A DNA stretch of 64,000 bases, from positions 23,683,360 to 23,747,359 of the forward strand of contig NC_043019.1 of assembly GCF_006345805.1 (NCBI RefSeq), in the 5' to 3' direction. Below the pieces are notes generated by a model. That model searched no databases, was not told the origin of the DNA, and saw only the letters and a list, made by a program, of their open reading frames with translations. This document shows, one piece after another, positions 24,430 to 36,391 of this stretch (position 1 is the stretch's first letter; the number at the start of each line of letters is the position of its first letter). This stretch comes from Octopus sinensis. Taxonomy: Eukaryota. The position numbers and the translations under genes were made by a program.

Positions 24430-25178
24430 GGGGGAAGTGTGTGCGCATAAATATGTGTGTGTGAGAGAGAATATGCGTTGGGATTTGTGTGTGTGTGAAT
24501 ATGTGTGTGGGGTTTGTGCGTGTATGTGTGTAAATATGTGTGGGGATTTGTGTGTGTGAATATGCGTGTGGGGTTTGTGTGTGTGTGTGTATGTGAGAAT
24601 GTGTGTGGTGTTTGTTTGTGTGTTGTGTGTGAGAATGTGTGTGGTGTTTGTGTGTGTGTGAGAATGTGTGTGGGGTTTGTGTGTGTGTGTGTGTGTGAGA
24701 ATATGCGTGGGGGTTTGTGCGTGTGTGTAAATATGTGTGGAGATTTGTATGTGAATATGTGTGTGGAGTTTGTGTATGTGTGTGTGAATGTGTGGGAATT
24801 TGTGTGTGGGAATATGTGTGTGGGGTTTGTGTGAATGTGTGTGTGTCTGTGAGAATGTGTATGTGGGGTTTGTGTGTGTGTTTATGAGAATATGTGTGTG
24901 GGGTTTCTGTGTGTATGTGGGGTTTGTATGTGTGCGTAAGTGAGAATATGTGTGTGGGGTTTGTGTGTGTGTGTGTGTGTGTATATACGTGCTTTGATGT
25001 CTATTCGTGTGTGTTAGCTTGTGTCTGTGTGTGTGCGCGCGCGCGTCTGTGTGATTGTGCTTGTGTTTGTGAATAAATGTGTTTGTGTGTGTGTGGGCGT
25101 GAGTAAATATGTTTGTGTGTGTGTGATTGGATCTATAACGTAAATTTTGCATTTGTCTCTGTTTGTGGCTGTATGAGG

Positions 25179-25249
<71 letters not shown>

Positions 25250-25530
25250 CGTGTTTAATGTTTGTGTGTATATAGGTTGGCAATCTATGCATCTGCTTGT
25301 GTGCGTGTGAGTGCAGCCGTATCTGCAAGATCGTGTATGTGTGTACTTGTGTGTATATTTATGTATATGTGTGTATATGCGTGTGTATGTCTGTCTGTAT
25401 GTATGTAAGTCTGTTTATGATTGTATGTGTGTGTGTATATGTATAAGTGGATGGCTACGTGTATGCGTGTTTGTTCGCATGTATGTATGTAGGCATGTGT
25501 GCACTGAATGTGCATGAATGTGTGTGTGTA
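24430..25530. repeat. complex GT-rich minisatellite (GTGTGGGGTTTGTGT...GAGAAT units)
   Basis: Directly visible. Confidence 0.9.
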
Positions 25531-25781
25531 TGAGGTGTGTACTTATGGTTTTATTGCACTTCATGGATTAATATTATACGCTCCATTTTTTCACTCTACT
25601 TTCAAACAGGTCGTTTGCAACTCTCTTTGTGTGAGTGTGTGTGTGTGTGTTGTGTGTGTGTGTGTGTGTGCGTGTCTACCTATTTGTGTTGCATTTGTGT
25701 GTACGCACAATGGCCTTTTCCATTTCAGTGAAATCTGGTGATTAAATAAAACGTGCAATACGATGAAAAGCATCTCTCTCT

Positions 25782-25867
<86 letters not shown>

Positions 25868-25868
<1 letters not shown>

Positions 25869-26712
25869 CAACAATTGAGGGCAAAATTAATTAATTATTA
25901 ATCAATTTCACCAAGTGTTCAGTATGCAAAGGGACCATTCAAGGCGAATTCAATTATTACATTATATAAAAGGGCTTAGTAAAATAAATTACTTTGCCGC
26001 ATACTGAACTCATTAGAAATAGCAGCTAAAAAACTTTTTTAAAGCTATTTCTAATACTTAAAGAAAATCTCTCTCATATATAGTGTTTGCTAATTCAACT
26101 CACAAAAGTGAGTTGAATTGGCTAAACTGGCAAAATGACCATTCCGAAATATAACAATATATATATATATATATATTATATAAAAGGGCTTAGTAAAATA
26201 AATTACTTTGCCGCATACTGAACTCATTAGAAATAGCAGCTAAAAAACTTTTTTAAAGCTATTTCTAATACTTAAAGAAAATCTCTCTCATATATAGTGT
26301 TTGCTTAATTCAACTCACAAAAGTGAGTTGAATTAAGCAAACACTATATATGAGAGAGATTTTCTTTAAGTATTAGAAATAGCTTTAAAAAAGTTTTTTA
26401 GCTGCTATTTCTAATGAGTTCAGTATGCGGCAAAGTAATTTATTTTACTAAGCCCTTTTATATAATATATATATATATATATATTGTTATATTTCGGAAT
26501 GGTCATTTTGCCAGTTTAGCCAATAAAAACACACGCATTATATATTTGGTGTTATTTTGCTTCAGTGTTATTTATTTTTTACATTAATCTTAATCTTATT
26601 TCGGCCAGAGCTCTTTCGTCACACTCCTGTGACCGCATCAGTGGTCCTTTGTTTTCTTCTTTCGTATTATTGGCTAAACTGGCAATATGACCATTCCGAA
26701 ATATAACAATAT
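25868..26712. repeat. rearranged, probably PLE-derived repeat with a 408-bp palindrome (26117-26524) and extra direct copies
   Basis: Arms are complementary around a 4-nt AAAA loop at 26319-26322. Direct copy at 25963-26117 and partial copy at 26668-26712. Confidence 0.9.
26605..26644 (-). ncRNA. hammerhead-like motif with one core substitution
   Basis: CCA-CTGATGC-G-GTCAC-AGGAGT-GTGAC-GAAA-GAGC-TC^-TGG. Confidence 0.55.
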
Positions 26713-26794
26713 CTGTTTCAACACACGACTTCACATAAAAAATCTTGCACAACAAATATTTAAACGTATATATATATATATATATATATATATA

Positions 26795-27451
26795 CGAGGG
26801 GTAGTAAAAAAATTATCCTCACTTTTGCCATAACATATCTTCATTATTGTCACACTGCCTTCTGCGCATGCGTGGTTGTAGTTGGTACTATTGTGGTCAC
26901 GTGATCGAAGTTTGAGCCGGATCGCGCCATTTTTCTTTCTGGCTTTACATGGCCGCTCCACTAGCAATGTCCACCAAAGAGGAACAAACAGCAGCGATCC
27001 GAGAGATGATAAGGGTGAACCGGTTCACCATTAGCATCTCTCCAGCTTGCTGAATCTTCTCGTCAGTGGTGGAGGTTGACAGGCGTCTTGCTCCCTCTTC
27101 GTGCGTCACCTTTGTCCGGCCACTTTTAAACTTCTCGATCCACTCATACACACTTCTACGCAGTAGTGTACTCTCTCCGTATTGTGCTAAAAGCCTCCGA
27201 TGAATTCCAGCACTTGACACACCTTCCGACCATAGAAATCGGATCGCTGCTTTTTGTTCTTCTTTGCTGCACATTGCTAGAGGAGCGGCCATGCTTACAC
27301 TATAAAGTCAAAAAGAAAAATGATGCGATCAGACTTAAACTTCGATCACATGACCACAATAGTACCAACTACAAGCACGCATGCGCAGAAGGCAGTGTGA
27401 CAATAAAGATATATTATGGTAAAAGTGCGGAAAATTTTTGACTTCCCCTCA
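26795..27451. mobile_element. fold-back mariner derivative (two inverted 5' ends)
   Basis: TA|CGAGGGGTAGTAAAAAAATT...AATTTTTGACTTCCCCTCA|TA. Minus ORF MAAPLAMCSKEEQKAAIRFLWSEG...SVYEWIEKFKSGRT is a mariner HTH N-terminus, and the same start is present on the plus arm. Confidence 0.85.
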
Positions 27452-27618
27452 TATATATATATATATAAGTAGTTGAATGAATTATCCTAGTATGGATAAT
27501 TCGGGTAACCGATACCCGGGTAGCAAATTCACGTCAGAAAACACGGTTGAAGCTACATGCCAAGGGCAGAAATCACGTGCTTTCGTGTGGAGATTTGTGT
27601 GTTTTTTTTACTATAAAC

Positions 27619-27754
27619 AAATGAAAGAACGGAGTCGAACGACGATTTAACAAAATTCCTTTATTCTCGACATATGCTTCAAAAACTGCAGTCTTCGAAA
27701 CATACGTCGAGAATAAAGGAATTTTGTTAAATCGTCGTTCGACTCCATTCTTTC

Positions 27755-27758
<4 letters not shown>
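27619..27758. repeat. 140-bp near-perfect palindrome made of two inverted hammerhead 3' halves
   Basis: Centre CTG|CAG at 27688/27689; the right arm reads CTTC-GAAAC-ATAC-GTC-GAG-AATAAA. Confidence 0.85.
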
Positions 27759-27808
<50 letters not shown>

Positions 27809-28320
27809 TTTCTCGGACAAGTGCAAGGGACTTGTTTCTGCCTAATTTCAACATCATTTGCCAAAATAGTAGCGAAAAAATTTCCCAGTAAATCTGTATT
27901 ATTAATGGGGAAGAAGAACTGAATTTTTTTCGGAATGAAATAACTTCCAAACATTACCCAGACTATCCACATCATGCATATCAGGAGATATGGTCAATAG
28001 CAGTCGTTAGTGTTTGTATGTGAATGTGTTAACGTGAATGTAAGTACATTTGCTCAAGATGGCTTCGTAGTGTATGTGTGTGCGAGTGAGACTGCGTGCA
28101 CGTATATGTGCAGGTGTGAGCGCGTGTAAATGTGTGTTCGCGTAGATGTACCGGGATGTATGACCAAAAGAAACTTAGTAACACACACACACACACACAC
28201 ACAAAACCAACAAGACACACACAACCACATATACATATATATTCAACTTACCCCTCCCCTCAAAATTGCTGACCTCGTTCCGTAAGTCAGAAATAATAAT
28301 TATTGTTTAGCAGATGGAAG

Positions 28321-28545
28321 GAGGCCGTGAGCTGGCAGACTCGTTAGCATGCCGGATAAAGTGCATGCCGGATAAAGTGCATGCCGGATAAAGTGCATGC
28401 CGGATAAAGTGCATGCCGGATAAAGTACGGTACGCTCTGAGTTCGAATTCTGCTGAAGTCGACTTTACCTTCCGGGGTTCATAAAATAAGTACCAGTGGA
28501 ACATTGGGGATCGATGTAATCGACTAGGACCCTCCTTATTTAGGA
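28321..28545 (+). mobile_element. SINE family B variant with 5 tandem copies of GCATGCCGGATAAAGT
   Basis: 16-bp units start at 28347, 28363, 28379, 28395 and 28411. Confidence 0.88.
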
Positions 28546-29759
28546 GACGCTACAACTAGTAGAGTGTGCTATTTGCTTATGTCTGTCTGTTTGTCTCTTT
28601 TCTACCAATCACACCATTGTTAACACTTTGCTTATCTTTCTGGTCGTCTAAAAGTTCGTACGTAACTTGAAATCCTTGTTGTTGTTGTTGTTGTTGCTGT
28701 TGTTGTTGTTGTTTAACCGTGACAACCCTGTCTTAATTCCAGTCATATTGTGCATAGAATTACATCATGTTATGTATCCTTCCCTTTTTTGTTGGGTGTG
28801 ATTTGAGAGAGGTTTAGCTGCTATTTCAGGTAAGTCGAATGACTACGCAGATACTTCCTTGTTGCTCGTTATTGTTGTTGTCGTTACTGGTAGTTTGAGT
28901 CATTGTAGCCGCTGTCGGCTGTCTTTGTTGATGTCGGCCCTGACACCATTATTTCGCTGGAGTCTCTACTTTCTCTGTTCCACTCTAATTCTCTTTTCCT
29001 CTTTGTGCATTACTCCCCACCGCTTCTCTTTCTCTCTATCTCTTCCCCCTCCGCAATTTCTTCGCTGTAAGAGTTCTCTATATCTTGTTTGTAAAATCGA
29101 TCGTGCTTATTACACAGTGGCGCAGGGTTACAAAAGTACAAACAAAAAAACAACAACGTGAAGATAGTATTACTCAGATGGTGTAGATGAGTACTACGAG
29201 TCCCTACAGGTATCGTTACGGGGGTGATTGTAGGCACCACAGAGGAAGAAGATTATATCAGGCTGATTATATCAGGAGTGGGACACCAACACAGTGTGAG
29301 GTTGGGAAGGAAATATTAATTCCTGACTGACCTGAGCTCTTTGTTTGTTCTTTGTTCCTGCCCACCCAATCAAAAATGGGAAGGAAACCTGAAATAATGT
29401 AATTCTATATACTCTATGATTAAAAATAATGTAAAATAGTCGTGGCTGGACCGACCTGGGGCCAAACAGCAGCAACAACAACAGCAATACGAATCAACGA
29501 CGGAGCCTTTAAAAAGTCTCTGACCAGTGGAAAACGTAAAATGAACTTACTCTGTACTAAAAATACAACGATATGTTAAACCCCACCCTCACCGAGTTTT
29601 GATAAGAAACCCTATTTCATAGAATTGATGTGGAACTAGTCAGCATCCCCCAGTTTCTAAACAGTACAGTCTATTAAATACTGTTTCAAAAATAATTTAT
29701 GCAGGCACCCCCCACCCAACTGATTTTTTTTTTTTTGCTTTAGAAGATATTTTAACCGA

Positions 29760-30400
29760 ACTCTTAAACTGGGTCCCAATGAGATTCTTGGACTTTACCA
29801 ATCTTCTTTGCGAATCAGTTACAGAACAATGAAACCTTTGCCATTTGTATGTATTGTCTTGTTTCCTGGTTGGAATTGGAAGACCTTCAAGTTCAATAAA
29901 CATGAGATTTCTCACAGAGTTGAATAACGGTAGAAACTTCATTTCTATCACAACAAGGCTAATAGTACTGGAGCCTTTGTGGTACTCAGAAGAACTGTAT
30001 GCGATTACTTTTGAATATTTTATTAAAGGATTCGGGTCTGGTGGAATATGTTATCCACCGTTGCCTCTAGAAAGTCTCCATGGTTTCCTTTTACTTCTAC
30101 TGTCGCTCAATTGCTCCACCCTATTCGTCATTTCGCAGTTTTCTATACCACATGTGCATATCGTGTGCGTGCGTATATATATATATGATGCAATTCAGTC
30201 GCTTCGTTCAACACTCCGTTGACAAAAGTTGAAAGTTATATCATTAGCTGTCGCCTCTGAAACCCAATGGAGTTCCAAAAGCAGAGACTTTAAAACCAGT
30301 TCATGAAAACTTTGAGACAGAGGTGGAACTTTTGCAGAGCATGGCTGATTTTTTACAAACAAACTGTTGTAATAAAAGGTCATAAGGCAGGTCATGAAAA
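29760..30400 (-). pseudogene. possible very old mariner transposase remnant
   Basis: Scattered motif relics: QRSVERSD, ATVDNIFH, *VPQRL, ETRQYIQ(W). Heavily decayed. Confidence 0.3.
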
Positions 30401-30777
30401 ATTTTAACCTTTTTTTTTTTATTCAAGAATAAAATTCATATTGACTGGGTCTTATCTAAAAGCAACTTGAAGGTCATAACAAACATTTATAATTCTGCTT
30501 GTGATGTAAAGGTCCGTCAACTTTGGTTTTTAAGCATTTTAGGATCATTCATCATTGTTCATTAGAAGCTGGGCTAAAACTATGTAATGAACAACATATC
30601 CAAATGATAGTTATGTATTTCTATTAAGCAGCAACTTGTTTTATTTGGTTGTCGCACTCGTGAATATATATATATATATAACGGGAAGCTTTATGAAAAT
30701 AAACAAAAGACGAAGGCAGGTGGAATACAAACAAACAATTGTATTAGTATGGCGCTCAGGGATATAAATAATACAAG

Positions 30778-30815
30778 TCTTTTACGTTTCGAGCCTACGC
30801 TCTTCAACAGAAAGA
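30778..30815 (-). ncRNA. minimal hammerhead-like motif with one core substitution, inside a short PLE-like remnant (about 30681-30881)
   Basis: TCTTT-CTGTTGA-A-GAGC-GTAG-GCTC-GAAAC-GTA^-AAAGA. Confidence 0.6.
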
Positions 30816-31148
30816 TACACAGAAAAGAAACACAGAAAGAAACAAGGAGAGAAAAAAAATGCGTGCAGAGGCTAGCGAATCAACATATATATATGTGTAT
30901 GTGTGTATGTACATATATGTGTGAAACTACCATCAATGCATCAAGGTTCACAGCATGCATTCCGGACAAACTGAGATTATGATTATTGCTGTTTGCTAAA
31001 ATAATTTTGCAGTTTTTCATTAAGCCTCTGCTGTGCATTATTTTTATAAGCAGCCATAACTGTACAAGTATAATTCTGAAAACACTTTTCGTTATACAAC
31101 AATCTCGTTTCCCTTCCTTCTTGCTTTCTCTTCATATCATTTCTTCAG

Positions 31149-31169
31149 ATACCCTGATGCTCTAATTTG
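31149..31169 (+). CDS. candidate 21-nt micro-exon (phase 2-2: YPDALI)
   Basis: Long pyrimidine tract ending TTCTTCAG| and donor TTG|GTGAGT. Only one of three frames is open. Confidence 0.55.
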
Positions 31170-31839
31170 GTGAGTCATTTTTAATAAACGGGGACACATG
31201 TACTACTATCAGCCCAGGGTAACCTGAGCAAACAACAGCAATTGTAATGTTTTCGAACACGAATTCTGATATAAAATCTGTCCAAGATCTCACCGTCACC
31301 CGATACCAGACGCCAGGCAGATGTGTAACTTGAACCTTGCTACCTCAATGACCCCAAAACAGTTCAATGATTTCAGAAACTGAGACAAATCGGAAAGAAA
31401 TAAACTCTTTTCCTCTTTCGTTGATTTTAAAGAATTTTTTTATTTCATTCTTCCTCCTCTTCGTCTTTCCCTTTTTTTTTGTCACCATTGTTGTTGTTGA
31501 CAAGGGAAGACACTGGAATGGGGACGAAATATTTGGAAACTGGAAAACAAAACGAAGAAATAAGTTGTAAAGAAGGAAAACTATTGTAAAAGAAGTAAAT
31601 AAAATGGAAGATAAAAATCAGTTATCTTCTGTAGGATTTGAAATCAGAATGTAAAGTTGTGTTTCATTATTAATTTCTAACATAGGTCAAAGGTCACATA
31701 TTTTGGGTGTGTTATAAGGATAAAGCGCCACGACCGCCCCCCCCTTTTTTTTTTACCAACAACAGAAGAATAAAGCGAAAAGTTGGCCTTCACAGGATTT
31801 GATCTCAGAATGTAGTGCTAATAAAAATAGAGATCCTCA

Positions 31840-31871
<32 letters not shown>

Positions 31872-31879
31872 TCTCACTT

Positions 31880-31910
<31 letters not shown>

Positions 31911-31965
31911 CTCTGTGTTGATCCTCGTTTCATTGAAGTATATTAACTAAGAATATTCGTGTTAG

Positions 31966-32008
31966 GTCAACAAACCGTGTTTAGCTCAGTAAAATTAGAT
32001 TTACAGAG
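31966..32008 (+). CDS. candidate 43-nt exon (phase 1 to 2: QQTVFSSVKLDLQ)
   Basis: GTGTTAG| acceptor and GAG|GTGAGT donor; single open frame. Confidence 0.4.
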
Positions 32009-32709
32009 GTGAGTCAATTCAGGGAGGATGTTTCTATGCAATTGTTCAAACTACAAATAATAGCATCCACATCTAATTCACATTCCAGTCAATTATCTTG
32101 AAGGAAAAACAAGTCACGTGGTTCTAGGTTCAAGTTTGGAACGCCTCTCGTCCTAAGTCTGCTAAAACAGGCCTGACTTGGCGCTCGCTAAACTATAATA
32201 AGTTAAAATCTACAAACAGCAATTCAGAATATTTTTATAGACCAGAATATAGAGGAGAATTACAATAACGTGTTTATATATAATAGATAGATGGGAAAAT
32301 AATCCCCACTGGATATGTTGCCTCTGTTTATTTAAGCTCATCCTGAAGATGAGCCAAGGAAAGTTTAAAAACGTTGATGGTGGATTTGTAAACTTTGTTG
32401 TTCCAAACGTACCACAAGGAACTCACACAGAAATTTAAAAAGAAAAACATTAATAAAACATTAAACCAGAAACCAGGCGTGTTTTCAATGCAAGATATCT
32501 AACAGAGAAGCTGTTTCACAGATACGTACACATAGTATGTATGTATGTATGTATGTATGTATGTATGTATGTATGTATGTATGTATGTATGTATGTATGT
32601 ATGTATGAATGAGGTTGTTATATAACAAACAACCTTCTAAATATTTCTACTCCAATGTTTTAGTGTGCTTCCTTCTCGGATATATGAACTACGGACCGAT
32701 GTATATATA

Positions 32710-32748
<39 letters not shown>

Positions 32749-32803
32749 CACTTATACATACTTACATACATACATATATATATATAATACATATAGATAC
32801 ATG

Positions 32804-32839
<36 letters not shown>

Positions 32840-32863
32840 ATAATATACACATATAGATACATG

Positions 32864-32902
<39 letters not shown>

Positions 32903-32958
32903 TATAGATACATGCATATATATAGATATACCTACATACATAGATACATGCATATATA

Positions 32959-33004
<46 letters not shown>

Positions 33005-33280
33005 AACACTGATCTGTATTTATTTGGCGAGTGCATAATTTGAGAATGTGTATTGAAACTGAAGCAGTTACACCCAGGAAGAGTAATTTTAGTCAAAGGA
33101 AACACAAAACCCGGTTCTATTTATTTTCTCTTCATTTCTTGTTCCGTCAAGCGTTTTGGTTGCACTTCTGCGTCCTCGTGTCGTGTCCTACATAACCCCA
33201 CACAGCATGACGACGTTTTTGGCATAATAGGGTTTAGGCGAAAAGTGAATATAATATAACTTTCCCGATTTCTTAAATAG

Positions 33281-33324
33281 TGAAGATGATCCCCCACCCC
33301 TCAGATGTTATTGTGTTTGCAACT
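33281..33324 (+). CDS. candidate 44-nt exon (EDDPPPLRCYCVCN or KMIPHPSDVIVFAT, depending on phase)
   Basis: TTTCTTAAATAG| acceptor and ACT|GTAAGT donor; two frames open. Confidence 0.45.
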
Positions 33325-34619
33325 GTAAGTTCCTTCACCCACCCTTGTTTTTCTTTTTATATCTAAATGGCTTTTTAACTCGATATTTACATGATATCAT
33401 TTATTACTTAATCTACTTCGAGTTCGACCGTTAAAAACGAATTATCTCATGCCTCTCGAAGTTTCTAAATACTTATGACGTAAACTATATGTGTGTATGT
33501 ATATGAATGTGAGTGTGTATGCATGTATGTATTTATATGTACGTATCTATATGTATGCATGTATTTATATATATGTATGTATATATATATATATATATTA
33601 TATATACGAATGTGAGTATATATACATATATATAATATATATATATATTATATATATATATATATTTGTTGTGTGTAGGCATATACGTGAATGTATGTAT
33701 GTATGTATGTATGTATGTATGTATGTATGTATGTATGTATATATATGAGAGAGAGAGAGAGAGAGAGTGAGCTAGCTAAGTCTGTTAAACACTTCATCTA
33801 CCATTCTTTTGGTATTAGTCTACAAGTCAGAAATCGCAGTGAAGTGAAATATCTCAACCTTGAAATCGAACCCGTGTTCAAAGAATCAACTTGCTGAAAA
33901 TTTGCCACTAAACTGCAGCGCCCTCTTTACAAGTCTGCACTCGGGATGGGGAAGGGAGAGAACCATCTGTCGCTATGAAATGTTAACCAAACACTTTGAA
34001 CGGGTCTCCATGCGGGAAAGAAACAACAAGTTGAATTTCATCAGCGAACTTTATTTTTAAACCTCGCCGTTTGAAAAACAACTGTGTCTATGTGTGCGTG
34101 TGTGTATGTGTATATGTGTACGAGGTGCTATTCCTCCTTTTCTTTCTTCTCCTCTATCACACACTGCTTCTTCTCCTCTGACCTCACCTTCATATGAAAC
34201 CGCTGCCAGCGGTATGTTTTTTAGCCGTTGTTATTTTTGTTACTATGGTTGTAGTTGTTGCTGGTGGTATGAGAATTACAGAGGTTTTCCAGTTTGTTGG
34301 TGTTGCGGTTGTTCTTAAACTTGTTAGTACAATAAATATTTTGGTCCTTGTTGTTGTACCTGCTGTTGATGGTTTTCCCCCTTTGTATAGATCGAATATT
34401 TTACACACACACACAGACACATGCACACACATACAGACACACGCATACACACACATCCATTCATGCATGATTAGTCGGGGCTGTGTTGAGTAAGTTTAAA
34501 TTAACGAGACTTTGATGCCAGACGTGCTGAAGGTCGCTGAATTACAAGAAACCCATTCGGTCTTTCATTCACTCATGATATTTGAGATTACGAAAATATA
34601 TAAAAAATACATCCGATGA

Positions 34620-34890
34620 AGTGGATAAGCGTGTTTCACTCACGATCCCCAGACCAGCTGCGTGTTGTATTCTTGAGCCAGACACTTCGTTTCACGTTGC
34701 TCCAGTTCACTCACCTGCAAAGGGGCAACCCTGAGCCGGACCAGCCCTTCTGATCAGGGCTAATGTTGGTCTGTTCGCCTAGCCAGCGGGGTGGCATCAT
34801 TCGCGAGCTAAAACGATACAAAGCGCATTGTGACCAGCGATGTATAACGGCATCTGATAGTCTGATCGATCACGTTATCATGTGATCACG
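34620..34890 (+). mobile_element. degenerate SINE-like family E
   Basis: TTGTATTCTTGAGCCAGACACTTCGTTTCACGTTGCTCCAG...GCATTGTGACCAGCGATG...GATCACG resembles a recalled octopus SINE; not verified. Confidence 0.5.
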
Positions 34891-36022
34891 ATACTATCTA
34901 TGACAAAGAAAGCGTAATCAGAGCACATAACACTGGGAAGGAATATTTATGGGCCTCAGGACTTTTAAGAGGCAATAATCTAAAACCAAATTGTGTTTGC
35001 TGTATCAATAATCATATCGATATTTGGGCTTATCGATTGGAAGCTAGACGAGATCCAGACTTGTGATGCGAAAACCTTAATATTATCGACCCACATTAGG
35101 CCAGAAATGTTCACATCAACAATGATACAGACCATCAACTGGAGACAAAATAGCACCGATTCAGTTTTTGAATGTTCTGTCATATTCCTTCGACATCTAC
35201 AAATCACGAAATGTTAAGGTCCAGTAATGCTTTAATTCTAAATAAATGAGGCCGAAAGATCAAGAGAATTGGAAAACACCTCCTCGGAAAGTATTCTTTG
35301 GATGGTGGCCAGGGATATAGATGCATAGAAGTTGCACAACTCTTCTATAACCGGTCATGCATCGGCAGAAAGCCATGCGTGGTTATATTTGTAGAATACT
35401 TCGAAGTGACAGACATAACTAAATTGGCGGACCGACAATTGGCGTATTAGCTTTCACTTTCATATTAGGTTTTACTTTGAAGAATGTTTTTGCAAAAAAG
35501 AAATAAGAAATAATAAGAAAAAGCCTGATGCCCAAAAGGGTTAAAGTCCCAGAGTTATGATAACCGATGTAGATTCCACAGAGTTAACTCGGAAGATTTC
35601 ATTCACGTTATAAAACCCTAAAACCCGAAAACCCTTTTCTGTTGCGTCCTGGCCAGTGTTTTTCAGTGTCATACTGAATCTGCCTGGGGATTAGGCTTAA
35701 GGTAACATATGTCTGTGGTATACCCGAGTATTAATACGGTAATTCAATGAATTATTAGTTCACTTGATTGAACGACAGAATACTCATCGCCGAAACCGAC
35801 GGAGATCCATTTACTATTTAAGTGTGTCTATATGTGAGCTACTACAACATTTGGGTGTCACTTTAAGTACATTATCGCCATCTGTCAAATTGCTGCAGTT
35901 TGTGAGTGTGTGTAATCGTGAGAGTCTGGTTTTGTGAATGTCTGTGTGCATGCGTGTGTATATTTATGTTTACTTGTACATTCTACTGCAAGTTTTTCTA
36001 TTAACTTCTTGTTTTCTCACAG

Positions 36023-36099
36023 AACAACCCCGTCGCCTGTTTAAATGCTTCTCTCAAACAGTCTCACTCCAAAATAGATGTACAGTCCATATACAAGAC
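36023..36099 (+). CDS. candidate exon (phase 0: NNPVACLNASLKQSHSKIDVQSIYK; alternative donor at 36119 in another frame)
   Basis: Strong acceptor TTCTTGTTTTCTCACAG|. Donor GAC|GTAATA or TAA|GTAACT. Confidence 0.4.
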
Positions 36100-36391
36100 G
36101 TAATAACAAGCTTTTCTAAGTAACTTGAAATGGAATAACGACCTATGCAGTGTGTCGTAATTCATCTCTCAACTATTTTAGGCGACCAGACATTATTACA
36201 AATGCTTTGGATCCTTTTCATTGGTGAAACTATTTGCAATCAACATAAGCTGCAACATTCGTCGATTCTTGTTGTCTCATGGGTTTAGAATCGAACCATC
36301 AGATTCAATAACATCAGATTATCTGGAAAAATTATTTTACAAACGAAGCTTACACCAATTCAAAATTAAAACCAAAACAAAACATTAATTA

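Noticed and set aside
24373-25152. 259-aa His/Thr-rich ORF and similar poly-YI/HT/VC ORFs throughout
   Set aside because: Translations of dinucleotide and trinucleotide simple repeats.
28347-28426. CRISPR-like array
   Set aside because: Contiguous tandem repeats without spacers, in eukaryotic DNA inside a SINE.
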